This document shows positions 31,964 to 40,964 of a DNA stretch of 40,964 bases, piece by piece. The position numbers and the translations under genes are program-made. Every line of letters begins with the position of its first letter. Position 1 is the first letter of the stretch. Origin of the DNA: a virus (taxonomy: Duplodnaviria; Caudoviricetes); IMG/VR virus record IMGVR_UViG_3300002092_000011, positions 1 to 40,964 of that record. The stretch is one strand, 5' to 3'. The notes under the pieces were generated by a model, which saw nothing but the letters and a program-made list of their open reading frames with translations, was not told where the DNA came from and made no database searches.

Positions 31964-34456
31964 TTATTGTCCCATTGAAAGGTCTTGCTGAACAGGTTGA
32001 GGTTGTCGTGCTGATTGAATTGCGTTACCGGCGCTCTGCATCACATTGCTGGTTGCCGCGACGCTGGGGGCGGACATTAAATACGTCGGTATTTTGCTGC
32101 CTTGAGCCCGTTTAATGAGTGCGGTTTTCGCGCCCCCGGCTAGCTCGTCCATAAAACGAATGGTTTCTAGAATTTTGGTCTGTTCGGCTTTGCTTGATGC
32201 TTGGCGCGCCAAATCTACGAGACCGTCATTAATAAGATAATCGACGGCCATTTTGTTGTTGTTGCTCGCTCGAAATAAACTCACGGCGAATTGCGCGGGC
32301 TTGGCGGCGAACTGCAATAAAGCGCTGCCCATTTTTTTAATCGCCTCTTGTTCGGACTCGTTCGGTTTATCGGCGAGGTTAGAAATTTTGTTAGCTTGCA
32401 AAGCCAACTGCCTAACAGAGCCTTGTTCGGCTTTGCTCATGATTACGTCGGTAACCTGTGGTCCCATAGACTTCATGGATTGAAGAATGGTTTTCCCATC
32501 AAGGTAGCCGGTAGATGGGTCAACGCCGTCGTTAATCATTCGGTTTACAATTTCACCGCGCAACTGTCCCCAACCCTCAGAGTTTTCACCTAAGGTGTTT
32601 TTGAGTGCGGTAAGCTGAGAGAGTCTTTTTGCTGGGGCCGCATTTAGAATGGAGGGAACCAGTAGCTGCCGTGTCGAATCATTCTTTAAAAGACCGTCAA
32701 GTTCGGCGAGGTTATTCAGGTGAGTTGAAGCCCGACCATAAGCATCGGCCGCTAACTTTTCTTCGGGCAACCCTGAGCCCGCAAACACAGAACTCTCAAA
32801 GGCTTGGCGATCTCCAATGGCCGCATGCTGCAAATTCTTAAATAGTTCCTGTTCTTGTGGAAAGTTGCCGCGAGCCTTATCGAACTTTGAAAGGTTCTGA
32901 TATTTTCCGATTGCCTCATAGAATGAGGCCGGGGGAACTTGCCCGTTGTTGGAAAGAGAAATTCCCTTAAGGGTATTGTAGTCCTTCACAAGATCGCTAA
33001 GAACGCGGTTACCGTTCGGACTCTCAAGGGCAAATCTCGCCCCCTCTTCCGGCATTTGCGCAAAGCCAGAGTTAGCTTTAGCGAGACCGGCGCTATCGGT
33101 GTCCCCGACAATTTTAATTCCGTATTTATTGAAAGTTTTTTCCATCTCGGCCATTAGGCCTGATGGGTCGACCTTTTTCCCGGTTTTCCCAGCCAACTCT
33201 ACCGCTTTGTCCTTCACGGCATCCAAGGTGCTCATGAGATTTTCGGTGACGCCGTCTACCGCCGATGCGGTTTGCTTACCAATAGCACCTTCTAGTGCCG
33301 ATCCGCCGCCGCCGGCCGTGCGAGTAAGGCCCTGCATACTGTTCGTCACCCGCTCCAACTCTAATCGGATTGCGGTTTGTGCGCTTTTTTGTGTGGCCGC
33401 GTCAATCATCTCGCCCAGTTCTGGGCGCAGCAAAGTTTTGAGACCTTCGATCGCTGATTTTCCGGTGCTAGAGGCAAGGGCTGAGCCCATCCCCTTCATA
33501 ACGCCCCAGCCGGCCAAATTGAAGCCTGCGCTTTTTAACGATTCATCGGCTAGCGTTGAAATATTGTCGGTCTTCTGTTCCGCTTCCGGGTGTGGAGAAA
33601 GCATATTCATGCCCGAGCGAACCAGTTGGTTAGTTCCCGCTTGGGCCGCTCCGCCGGCCGCTGCGCCCGCTGCCGCAACTGGTAGCGTTGACATTCCTCC
33701 GGTCGCCGCATCTAAAGGCACGCCTGCCGCGTCCACTGCGCCTTGAGTGGCTACGTTTGCCGCAAAGCCTGGAACCTGAGAAAGGTGATTAAGGGCAAAA
33801 TCAATGACGCTGCCGAAAACTTTTTGGTCTACCTTTTGGAAGGGACCTTCTCCGTTAGGGCGAATATAAATTTGGTTATTTTTAACTGTAACGTTGTCCG
33901 GCCCGTAGACTGACTCCCATCCGGACTTTTGTTGGTCAAAAGTGGACCCAAGCCCCGATGCGTTTTTGCCGGCGACAAACATAAACCGATCTTTAAGCGA
34001 CTTTGCCACATCGGTAACCGGTTGCCCTGCGATCGTTGCCTTATCATCAAACTGGCTAAGTGGGACCGGGTGTTCACCAATCTTCTCCGAGATTCCTTTG
34101 AGTTGTTTATCAAGGTCCTCGTCGTTAATTCTATCTAGCGCTTTTTTCTGGTCGCTCGGCATCTTGCTTCCGAGCGCCGCTAAAGCTTTGCTTAGGCTAT
34201 CGTCATCGTCTTGAGCTTTTGCTTCGATTGGCTTTTCACCATTAGGAAGCCTTTGCGGTTCCTGGTCCTGCGGTCCCATTTGGGCAACCTGCATTCCGCC
34301 TTGTGCTGGGGCTTGAAGCGGGGTTGGTTTCTGATCCCCAAAAACGTCCCCAATCGTGGTTACGCTCGAAGCTGAATTGGGAATTTGAGACCCGAGACTT
34401 GATGGACCAATGGCGTTGCCGAAGGTTGGTCGAACGCCTGACTCAGTGTTTGCCAT
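31964..34456 (-). CDS. Large internal virion / DNA ejection protein
   Basis: 830 aa Ala/Gly/Gln-rich helical with AAAGAAAGGAA stretch; third of three ejection-slot genes. Confidence 0.65.
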   Translation of the reverse strand: MANTESGVRPTFGNAIGPSSLGSQIPNSASSVTTIGDVFGDQKPTPLQAPAQGGMQVAQMGPQDQEPQRLPNGEKPIEAKAQDDDDSLSKALAALGSKMPSDQKKALDRINDEDLDKQLKGISEKIGEHPVPLSQFDDKATIAGQPVTDVAKSLKDRFMFVAGKNASGLGSTFDQQKSGWESVYGPDNVTVKNNQIYIRPNGEGPFQKVDQKVFGSVIDFALNHLSQVPGFAANVATQGAVDAAGVPLDAATGGMSTLPVAAAGAAAGGAAQAGTNQLVRSGMNMLSPHPEAEQKTDNISTLADESLKSAGFNLAGWGVMKGMGSALASSTGKSAIEGLKTLLRPELGEMIDAATQKSAQTAIRLELERVTNSMQGLTRTAGGGGSALEGAIGKQTASAVDGVTENLMSTLDAVKDKAVELAGKTGKKVDPSGLMAEMEKTFNKYGIKIVGDTDSAGLAKANSGFAQMPEEGARFALESPNGNRVLSDLVKDYNTLKGISLSNNGQVPPASFYEAIGKYQNLSKFDKARGNFPQEQELFKNLQHAAIGDRQAFESSVFAGSGLPEEKLAADAYGRASTHLNNLAELDGLLKNDSTRQLLVPSILNAAPAKRLSQLTALKNTLGENSEGWGQLRGEIVNRMINDGVDPSTGYLDGKTILQSMKSMGPQVTDVIMSKAEQGSVRQLALQANKISNLADKPNESEQEAIKKMGSALLQFAAKPAQFAVSLFRASNNNKMAVDYLINDGLVDLARQASSKAEQTKILETIRFMDELAGGAKTALIKRAQGSKIPTYLMSAPSVAATSNVMQSAGNAIQSARQPQPVQQDLSMGQ

Positions 34457-35715
34457 TATTTAAACCCGTATTTTGCCGCAACGTCATCAGGAAGAGGTTT
34501 GCCAATCGCTTTTTCAACTTTAGCGCGGCTCATTCCCTTTTTAGCGGCTTGTTGTAAAACTGCATCGGCCTGGGCGTCTAACGGTTTGGACTGCATTTTC
34601 GGCGCCGGGGTATTGTCACCCGAGTCCGAAGAGGCGTCACCGCCACGAATAGCTTTAAACTTACTGACCAAGTCTTTACCGAGCATCGCGGGCTTCCAGG
34701 CCTTAAGGTCGTCCACGGTCATTCCATATTTGGCGGCGCCCTGTTCGATTTGGCCTTGGATGTACTCGTTATTTTTTCCAATCGGAATTCTTTTTTGTAA
34801 TAGCTCTAGTTCGCGGTTTTTTTGAACGTCGGCAATGGACTGAGCCATCGCTTCACGCATTTGAGTTAAGCGTGCGATCGCCGTTCCGACTTGCTCGTTG
34901 CCTTGAATATTTGCGATTTTATAAACTTCGGCCGCTATTTTGGAAGCCGATGAGATCCAATCGTTTCGCTCTTGGGCGCCGAGACTAACCTGAGTTGCCT
35001 GTGTTGCGATTGTGGCAATGTCGGCGCTCATTTCTTTAACGGTCTCAACGCTTGGGATAATCGTTCCGTTGTCGATATGTTGCTTAGTGGTATCGAACTT
35101 GGAAAGACCGCTCGATTGTCTCGCCGTCAAAACCATAATTGGGTCGGACGTGATGGCCTTCGAAAAGCCTTCCGCGATTTGCTGTTTCTTGGGATCGGCA
35201 ATGGAGTTTCCGCGCGATTCAGAGCTAGCTAGCATTGCCGCGTTTCGAGCGCCTGTTTGAAGTGCCGTCATAGCATTTTTGGAACCGATAACCGGGCCGG
35301 CCATTTCATAAGCTTTTGCTTTGGCGTCCATCGGCGTTTTCGGGTCCATGATTGTGGCAAGTAGTTGCCCAATCTGTGGGCGCGCTTCGTTATCTTTCAG
35401 GTAGGGCAAAAAATTCGAAGGATCAACTCCCATTTGTTGAGCGGCAGCATTGAAGGCTTTGATTTTGGCCGAACGAGGGCCATCGAATTGTTCTTGGGCT
35501 ATGTCGCTAACCATAGGAAGGAGAACCTTCCCCACTTGGATGTTGTGGTCTCGCTTTGTCTCTTCCATCTTCTGTTGCTGGGCCTGAAGATTCGCCTGCC
35601 TCATTTGGAGTTCAGACATAGAAGAGGCCCACTTCATCGAGGTAGTTGCCGTTGCATCGGCATTGGCTACCCCTTGAGAGAAACCCTGAGCGACTGCATC
35701 AATTCCTTCAGCCAT
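34456..35715 (-). CDS. Internal virion / DNA ejection protein
   Basis: 419 aa helical, AQGFSQG start and Q-rich coil. Confidence 0.62.
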   Translation of the reverse strand: MAEGIDAVAQGFSQGVANADATATTSMKWASSMSELQMRQANLQAQQQKMEETKRDHNIQVGKVLLPMVSDIAQEQFDGPRSAKIKAFNAAAQQMGVDPSNFLPYLKDNEARPQIGQLLATIMDPKTPMDAKAKAYEMAGPVIGSKNAMTALQTGARNAAMLASSESRGNSIADPKKQQIAEGFSKAITSDPIMVLTARQSSGLSKFDTTKQHIDNGTIIPSVETVKEMSADIATIATQATQVSLGAQERNDWISSASKIAAEVYKIANIQGNEQVGTAIARLTQMREAMAQSIADVQKNRELELLQKRIPIGKNNEYIQGQIEQGAAKYGMTVDDLKAWKPAMLGKDLVSKFKAIRGGDASSDSGDNTPAPKMQSKPLDAQADAVLQQAAKKGMSRAKVEKAIGKPLPDDVAAKYGFK

Positions 35716-35717
35716 AA

Positions 35718-36752
35718 TTAAGCAACCTCGGTATTAACGAAAGAGGAACCAAAGCCGCCCGGAGTTCCGATCGAGGAACCGAACGAGTAGCTTGGGTTGG
35801 TGTTGACGGCGCCAATAGCAGAACCAAAGTTTGACCCTGTACTAGCCCCGCCTCCATATCCCATTCGATTGAAAAAATTGTTTTGTTGTTCTTGTTGATA
35901 GTTCATTCCGGCGATCGTGCCAATTCCGCCGCCAACTCCACTACCCAAGTTTCCAAGTGCGTTGCCCATCGTTATTCCGGCGGCAGCGCCATTTCCGGCA
36001 ACACTCGCGGGGCCTCCAAAATTTATCGGTGAGGCCGTCGTTGCTCCAAGCACCGCGTTAGTGTTCCGGGTTGAGGCATAGCTATAGGCTTGTTGAACCG
36101 CACTGTCCGCAACGCCGGCCCGAGAGTAGGCAGTGTCAATTGCACTGGTCCCGGCCTGAAGTCCTTGTTGCTCTTGTCCAAACAAACTCGAAAACGTTCC
36201 GGCAACCTCCTGAAGTGCTTGTTGTTGCACCTGGGCGGTTAGTGAGTCGGTAGCCATATCGAACTGGGTCATGGCTTGAATGCCGGCCGTGGAAGTTCTA
36301 AAGCCAGGCCCCATTTGGGCGGCTAACTGATTTTCCAATTTCGCGCGTTGCTGTTCTCGTTGCGCCATGACTGGCGCCAGGTATTTAGAGGACTGGCCGT
36401 TTAAAAGTTGAAGGGTTTGTTGCCCGGCCGCTTTGACCGCTGGGTCTACCGCGTTCAACGCTTCCATTTGTTGCTTGATTTGCCCGAGCGAGGCATTAAG
36501 CGCGGACTGGCGATCGTTAATCATTGAGCCTATTGCCGCAAGTTCGCCGGGACTCATGCGCGATTCGCTAAGAGCGAGTTCCTGGGTATGCTGCCGCATT
36601 TGCTGTTCGCGATAGACGGCATACTCTTGGGCCGTCATTTGCTTCGCTGCGGCGTCGGCTTGTGCTCCGGCAGAGATTTCGCTTCCCGCAACCGTGGCAC
36701 CGCCCGCGATCACCGCGCCCGCAATAATTGCCCCTGTTGTCCCAATGCTCAT
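35718..36752 (-). CDS. DNA pilot/ejection protein
   Basis: Hydrophobic Gly/Ala N-terminus (GAIIAGAVIAGGATVAGS), Q-rich coil, Gly-rich C-terminus. Confidence 0.68.
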   Translation of the reverse strand: MSIGTTGAIIAGAVIAGGATVAGSEISAGAQADAAAKQMTAQEYAVYREQQMRQHTQELALSESRMSPGELAAIGSMINDRQSALNASLGQIKQQMEALNAVDPAVKAAGQQTLQLLNGQSSKYLAPVMAQREQQRAKLENQLAAQMGPGFRTSTAGIQAMTQFDMATDSLTAQVQQQALQEVAGTFSSLFGQEQQGLQAGTSAIDTAYSRAGVADSAVQQAYSYASTRNTNAVLGATTASPINFGGPASVAGNGAAAGITMGNALGNLGSGVGGGIGTIAGMNYQQEQQNNFFNRMGYGGGASTGSNFGSAIGAVNTNPSYSFGSSIGTPGGFGSSFVNTEVA

Positions 36753-37153
36753 ATGCTTAGCACCATAGTAGTAGTGTCCTTGTCCCCTATTTTAAACCCT
36801 GCCTCTTGATAAAGGCGAATAAGACCTGGACTCTTTGCCCACGTAAAAACAGAAAAGTTATTACGCTCTGCGATAGTTTTGGCTTCCCTGGCCAACATTT
36901 TAACCGCTGCGAGCGATTTTCGGCGGCTTACTTTGGGGTTCGTGACCATCCATTCGAAGGCCGTGAATGCCTTGGAATTGGTCGTATAAAGCCAGGCCGC
37001 CGCGTAATTTTTTAGACCGTCCGTAACGATCATCCCCCAGGTTGAGAGAATTTCGAGGGGAACCATTGGCCAATTGTGCTCCCTCCACCATTCACAAACC
37101 TCGGGATAGTCTTCCATTTCGAAAGACCTAATTTTTAGCTCTAGTTCAAACAT
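36749..37153 (-). CDS. GNAT-fold acetyltransferase-like protein
   Basis: IRSFEMED...EWMVTNP...LIRLYQEAGF; usual slot before podovirus ejection genes. Confidence 0.72.
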   Translation of the reverse strand: MFELELKIRSFEMEDYPEVCEWWREHNWPMVPLEILSTWGMIVTDGLKNYAAAWLYTTNSKAFTAFEWMVTNPKVSRRKSLAAVKMLAREAKTIAERNNFSVFTWAKSPGLIRLYQEAGFKIGDKDTTTMVLSI

Positions 37154-37731
37154 CGTACAAAAAAGACCTTAATCAGCCTACAGTTTCCAAGTTCTGTTCC
37201 AAACGACTTTTTAGGAAAACGAGAGTGAAACATTCCCGATGGAAACAGGATTAGCTTGTTAAATTCCATGGGGCAGTAGTAGTTCATTTTCCAAGCCTCG
37301 TCCTTAAACCCTTCCAGGTAAAGCCGGTGAAACGTTTCTGCGTTGTCGTCCAGTCCGTGATCCGCCAATTCTTTTTTGGTTGGATGAAATGCCCAGTTAG
37401 TTTCTTTGTGGGTCCAGAATGCCGTTCCCCCTTGACACTCGGAGGGCTTCGTTAAATATAAAATTCCGGTGTAGTCCGCAATGTCTGAGTCCGTATGAAT
37501 GTAGGTTTCGCTTTCCTCGTTTTCTTTGTAGCGGCGCCACATCACTACGCTTTCTCGGTCTACCGTTTTCTTGAGAAGAATAGAAATTTTAAAGAGACTA
37601 GGATCGTCTTTTGTACGGCAAATGCCGCGATAGCCAACCCCATTTCTTTTAACCTTTTTGTAGCGTGCCTTAAGTGCCGCACTTCGCTCCGCTTCCGGGT
37701 CCAAAAGAAAGTTATGTACCGTTAAAATCAC
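37141..37731 (-). CDS. 2OG-Fe(II) oxygenase (DUF6445-like)
   Basis: VHNFL.DP, IHTD (HxD), ILYLT, GGTAFW, FNKLILF...FHS, RL. Confidence 0.82.
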   Translation of the reverse strand: MILTVHNFLLDPEAERSAALKARYKKVKRNGVGYRGICRTKDDPSLFKISILLKKTVDRESVVMWRRYKENEESETYIHTDSDIADYTGILYLTKPSECQGGTAFWTHKETNWAFHPTKKELADHGLDDNAETFHRLYLEGFKDEAWKMNYYCPMEFNKLILFPSGMFHSRFPKKSFGTELGNCRLIKVFFVRCLN

Positions 37732-37733
37732 TT

Positions 37734-40187
37734 CTATCGAATCTCCCTTACAAGGAGTCGAGTGTTTGTGAAATATGTTTTCACGCTAGCTGTGGTCGCG
37801 TCTGGATTGATTGCTAAATAAACCGCATAGGTATTAACGCCTGCCGGCGGAGAAAGGTCGATAGCCCTAAAAGCCGACGGTGGCATTGTAAATCTCGCGC
37901 CGCTAACTGCCGGTAGGTAACCATTAACGACTTGGTTCGAGATGACGGTTCCGTTCCTTAAAACCTGTACCCAGGCTCCGTAATTATTTCCACCAACGGT
38001 AGTTACCACAGTCAGGCAGGCCCCAACATCGTTGGTAGCAGCGGCCGTGGCATTATCATCAACCAACTGAATCTCAACGAGATAAGTTCCGGCACAGGTA
38101 AGCGTTTGGCTTAATGGTAAAAAAGCGGCTGGGGTTGTTGAGGTAAATCCGGTTCCCGAACGTCCGGCGTTAGTGCTCCCGCTTATTGCATAGTTTGGTA
38201 GAGCCATCATTGCCGTTGTGATAATTCCAGAATTCATTTGAGCGGCGCCAACACTAAGCGGTGCCATCATGTCATTTGTGATTTGTCCGGACGCAACCGC
38301 AATTCCAAAGTAAGAGCTTGTAGAGAGAGACGTTGACGTAAAAAGGGAAGCCCCGTCTGTCTGAATTTCTCCGATGCAACGATATAACTTCGAAGGATGA
38401 ACACTGCCCAAAACGTCGTACTTTTTGTCGATGTAGGGGGCTACATTCGATATGAATTGCTGCCCGATACTTGAGATATATAGGTAGTAAGTCGTGCTAG
38501 CCCCGATCGTGGTTCCAGAGTCTAGGTTGTTTGTGTTGTTCCAAACTAAATGCACGTCATTGAAAGCGAAGGTTGTGCCGAATGAGCTTACTGTGGCACC
38601 TAGTTTTTTGGTTCGAACGTTGGCGGTGTCGACGTATGCTAGCTCCATGGTGTTGAGTGCCGAGAATGGGGCATACTCGTAGAAACTTCGGGCCGCCACA
38701 CAAGCGGTCGTGTTTAGAATTATGATGCCAATTGGAATTGCGAGCGTTTCGTTCCATGAGCTTCCGTTGAAGCTTTTCCATTTACTCGTCGACAAATCAA
38801 ACCAATAGTCCCCGCTAGCAGGGCTTGTTGGGGTTGCGTAAGAAACGTATGGTCGGTTGTAAGTAACCGCAAGACCCGGAGTGGTGTTATACGTCGCAAA
38901 AATCCAGGCTAACTTTTCGAGGGTTACCGTGTCTCCATTTGAAACCGTGACCCGAGGAATCCACACATTAGAGCTATCGAACGCAACGCCTCTTAGGCAA
39001 TTCTTAAGGACGGTGTATTTAGGGGGTGTTCCCGTCCCGCTTCCATTAACGCCGATCGTGACATAAGCGCCGCCAAGAGTAGCCGAAACATAGAACGTGC
39101 CAGAAGTTAAAACAGTGACGTAATAAACGGTAGCCGCAGTAATTCCAGTTGGAAGGCTTCCGCCAGAGAAAATGATTTGATCGTTATTAGAAAGGCCGTG
39201 GGAAGCACAGGTTACTACCGCGTTACCAATCGGGTAACACGTTCCGGTTCCGGTCGAACTTGTATTTACGTTAGCCCCGCCAGCGCTAAGTGAAATATTA
39301 AAGGTGTCGCTCGTCTTTTGGTTTATGTAATACGTAGTTCCGGCGACAACACCAGTGGGTAAGCTTCCGCCAGAAAAAACCACTGCCTGAGAAGGTGTTA
39401 ATCCATGATCAGTTGCCGTCACCACAGTGGGAGACGCGTTGCTAAAAGAAACCGAAAAACTAGTGTAAGTCGTAGCCATTGAGCAACTTAGCGTTGCTGA
39501 ATTTATAGAAACCTCTCCGACAAAATACTCGGCACCGACCTTAAAGGCCGCATATTGTCCATTGAGCGCTGTAATATTAGAGCCTACCGATTTAATAAAA
39601 AGATCGGTATTTTGGCCGGCAATCTTGCTTGAGTTACCGGACAAAGTAGCGTCATTTAAAACGCAGGTGTTGTTAGAACCTGGTGCCGTCGAAAGCCCAG
39701 AGATCGTAATGTCCGCCGGAAAACTGTATTGAGTTCCCTGTAAATAGGTCACCAAGGGAGTGGCCGTTGCTTTTAGTGTGGCAGCGTTGGTTGCCCCACT
39801 CGGAACCAAAAACATGGGTTGATTATTCGAATCAGCCGCACCAGAAACAATTCTGGTAGAGGGAATTCCGGTAACGCCATTGATTAGCGTATTTAAACCC
39901 AAGATGGAATTAGCTGGAGAAGAATACCACTGTGCCTCGCCAGTGATGGCCTTGGTCATGTAGCGAAGTTCTTCAATTTCTTCGGCCGTGCTTGCCGCTA
40001 AGTGCTCAGAGCCAACGCTTCCAGGCGAAAGAACGGTCTGCATTTGGCTAACCGTTTGGCTAAAACTTGCCATTTTATCCGGAGAAAAATTCTGGATAAT
40101 ATTATTGAACTCATTGTTTAGGTCTGGTTGGTTTACCGTTTCGCCAGCCAACCAAACCTTCAATCGTGAAAATAGTCCGCCTGCCAT
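37734..40187 (-). CDS. Tail fibre protein with two FCCH-like (HGL) repeats
   Basis: Anchor-type N-terminus W..GE......LN.EFNNI; two HGL....V.FSGGSLPTG..A.T.YY repeats; P.SPASGDYWFD; follows nozzle. Confidence 0.75.
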   Translation of the reverse strand: MAGGLFSRLKVWLAGETVNQPDLNNEFNNIIQNFSPDKMASFSQTVSQMQTVLSPGSVGSEHLAASTAEEIEELRYMTKAITGEAQWYSSPANSILGLNTLINGVTGIPSTRIVSGAADSNNQPMFLVPSGATNAATLKATATPLVTYLQGTQYSFPADITISGLSTAPGSNNTCVLNDATLSGNSSKIAGQNTDLFIKSVGSNITALNGQYAAFKVGAEYFVGEVSINSATLSCSMATTYTSFSVSFSNASPTVVTATDHGLTPSQAVVFSGGSLPTGVVAGTTYYINQKTSDTFNISLSAGGANVNTSSTGTGTCYPIGNAVVTCASHGLSNNDQIIFSGGSLPTGITAATVYYVTVLTSGTFYVSATLGGAYVTIGVNGSGTGTPPKYTVLKNCLRGVAFDSSNVWIPRVTVSNGDTVTLEKLAWIFATYNTTPGLAVTYNRPYVSYATPTSPASGDYWFDLSTSKWKSFNGSSWNETLAIPIGIIILNTTACVAARSFYEYAPFSALNTMELAYVDTANVRTKKLGATVSSFGTTFAFNDVHLVWNNTNNLDSGTTIGASTTYYLYISSIGQQFISNVAPYIDKKYDVLGSVHPSKLYRCIGEIQTDGASLFTSTSLSTSSYFGIAVASGQITNDMMAPLSVGAAQMNSGIITTAMMALPNYAISGSTNAGRSGTGFTSTTPAAFLPLSQTLTCAGTYLVEIQLVDDNATAAATNDVGACLTVVTTVGGNNYGAWVQVLRNGTVISNQVVNGYLPAVSGARFTMPPSAFRAIDLSPPAGVNTYAVYLAINPDATTASVKTYFTNTRLLVREIR

Positions 40188-40964
40188 TTATGCTCCCGCA
40201 ATCATATTTTGTTCGTCGCCAGGTTTAAAATAAACCTTAGCGGAAACGATTTTTATAATTTGTCTAACGTCGGAATAAAGTCTCAAAGCGAGCCTTTTCC
40301 CAGTTCCGGATATTGGAACTGATGTTGTTAGCGTGCAATCGGACTCAACCGTTGAGGAGCCGAGAATCAACGAATCAAGGTCGCTAGTCCCTGACTTAAG
40401 AGAAAAGTTTCTTGTTCCGCGAAGCCTTCCGTCGATAAACCAATCCAAATTCAGGTCCCAGTTTCCAGTGGGAATAAACTCAATTTCAATTCTTTCGAAA
40501 TTTTTATTGAGATTTGCAACCTGCGTTTGAAGGCTCTGATCCATGGCGGATAGATCGGTGTATCCTGTCATTACGTCGATATAATAGTCTCGAACGATAT
40601 TGGTCAGTTCATTAACCCCATCCGGAGTAGTTCCAACCCATGGGTTTGCTGAGTCCATCAAGTAAACAAAACCAGAGTCGTCACCGTAGGCCGGTCTCGA
40701 AACCTTGTTAACATCCTTAACTAATCCAAGAGAGTTTGGACGGTCCTTGGTGCTCCACGCCGCGAGTGGCGGTTGGTTGAGTCTTTTGTAGTCTAAGTTC
40801 AAAATTCGGTTTGGCGTTTGTGAATCTGCCGACTGAAAAGAAACCTTGGCGATTTTTTTAAACGGATAATAAATCATGTTTCGTCGATAGTGACCGCCGG
40901 GATTTGTCTCAACTACCGTAGAATTTCTAATTCCAATCTGATGCATCACGTCCGCCGTAGTAAC
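40188..40964 (-). CDS. Tail nozzle / stabilization protein, 3' part (continuation of 980..1)
   Basis: In frame through the terminal repeat; KNFERIEIE and G.GKRLALRL C-terminal pattern. Confidence 0.75.
   Translation of the reverse strand, partial: VTTADVMHQIGIRNSTVVETNPGGHYRRNMIYYPFKKIAKVSFQSADSQTPNRILNLDYKRLNQPPLAAWSTKDRPNSLGLVKDVNKVSRPAYGDDSGFVYLMDSANPWVGTTPDGVNELTNIVRDYYIDVMTGYTDLSAMDQSLQTQVANLNKNFERIEIEFIPTGNWDLNLDWFIDGRLRGTRNFSLKSGTSDLDSLILGSSTVESDCTLTTSVPISGTGKRLALRLYSDVRQIIKIVSAKVYFKPGDEQNMIAGA
40870..40964. repeat. 95-bp direct terminal repeat, copy 2
   Basis: Identical to 1-95. Confidence 0.95.

Noticed and set aside
14463-40187. Diversity-generating retroelement or invertible fibre cassette to explain three fibre genes
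   Set aside because: No reverse transcriptase, recombinase/invertase or TR/VR nucleotide repeat pair was seen
40870-40964. 95-bp repeat as a biological direct terminal repeat
   Set aside because: It falls mid-gene with the frame preserved on circularization, as expected for an assembler overlap

Overview
Apparently complete, circularly assembled tailed dsDNA phage genome (95-bp direct repeat 1-95 = 40870-40964; unit length 40,869 bp) with podovirus-like architecture. A minus-strand morphogenesis operon runs TerS -> four small ORFs -> split TerL -> portal -> scaffold -> N4-gp56-like major capsid -> minor capsid proteins -> adaptor -> nozzle (across the junction) -> tail fibre -> 2OG-Fe(II) oxygenase -> GNAT -> three ejection-like proteins -> holin/spanin-like genes. 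A divergent early region (switch at about 22.8-24.1 kb) leads rightwards to RecE-like exonuclease, Bet, a resolvase-like nuclease and a DUF3987-like ATPase. I recognised no DNA polymerase, primase, integrase or tRNA. The accessory block (10.7-22.8 kb) holds two extra tail-fibre-like genes, an NlpC/P60 hydrolase, an Acb2/Tad1-like protein and a secreted papain-family protease. Most unusual signals: a likely programmed -1 frameshift (C CCU UUU plus hairpin) in a small non-tail gene followed by two structured RNAs; a protease/lipoprotein pair sharing a C-terminal domain; a 21-bp motif present three times, once inside bet; a sigma-54-type promoter with inverted GACGAT arrays; several multi-stem intergenic RNAs; three tandem HG[VT]D-motif microproteins; and three apparently leaderless genes. 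All family assignments come from motif recognition by eye, not database searches.
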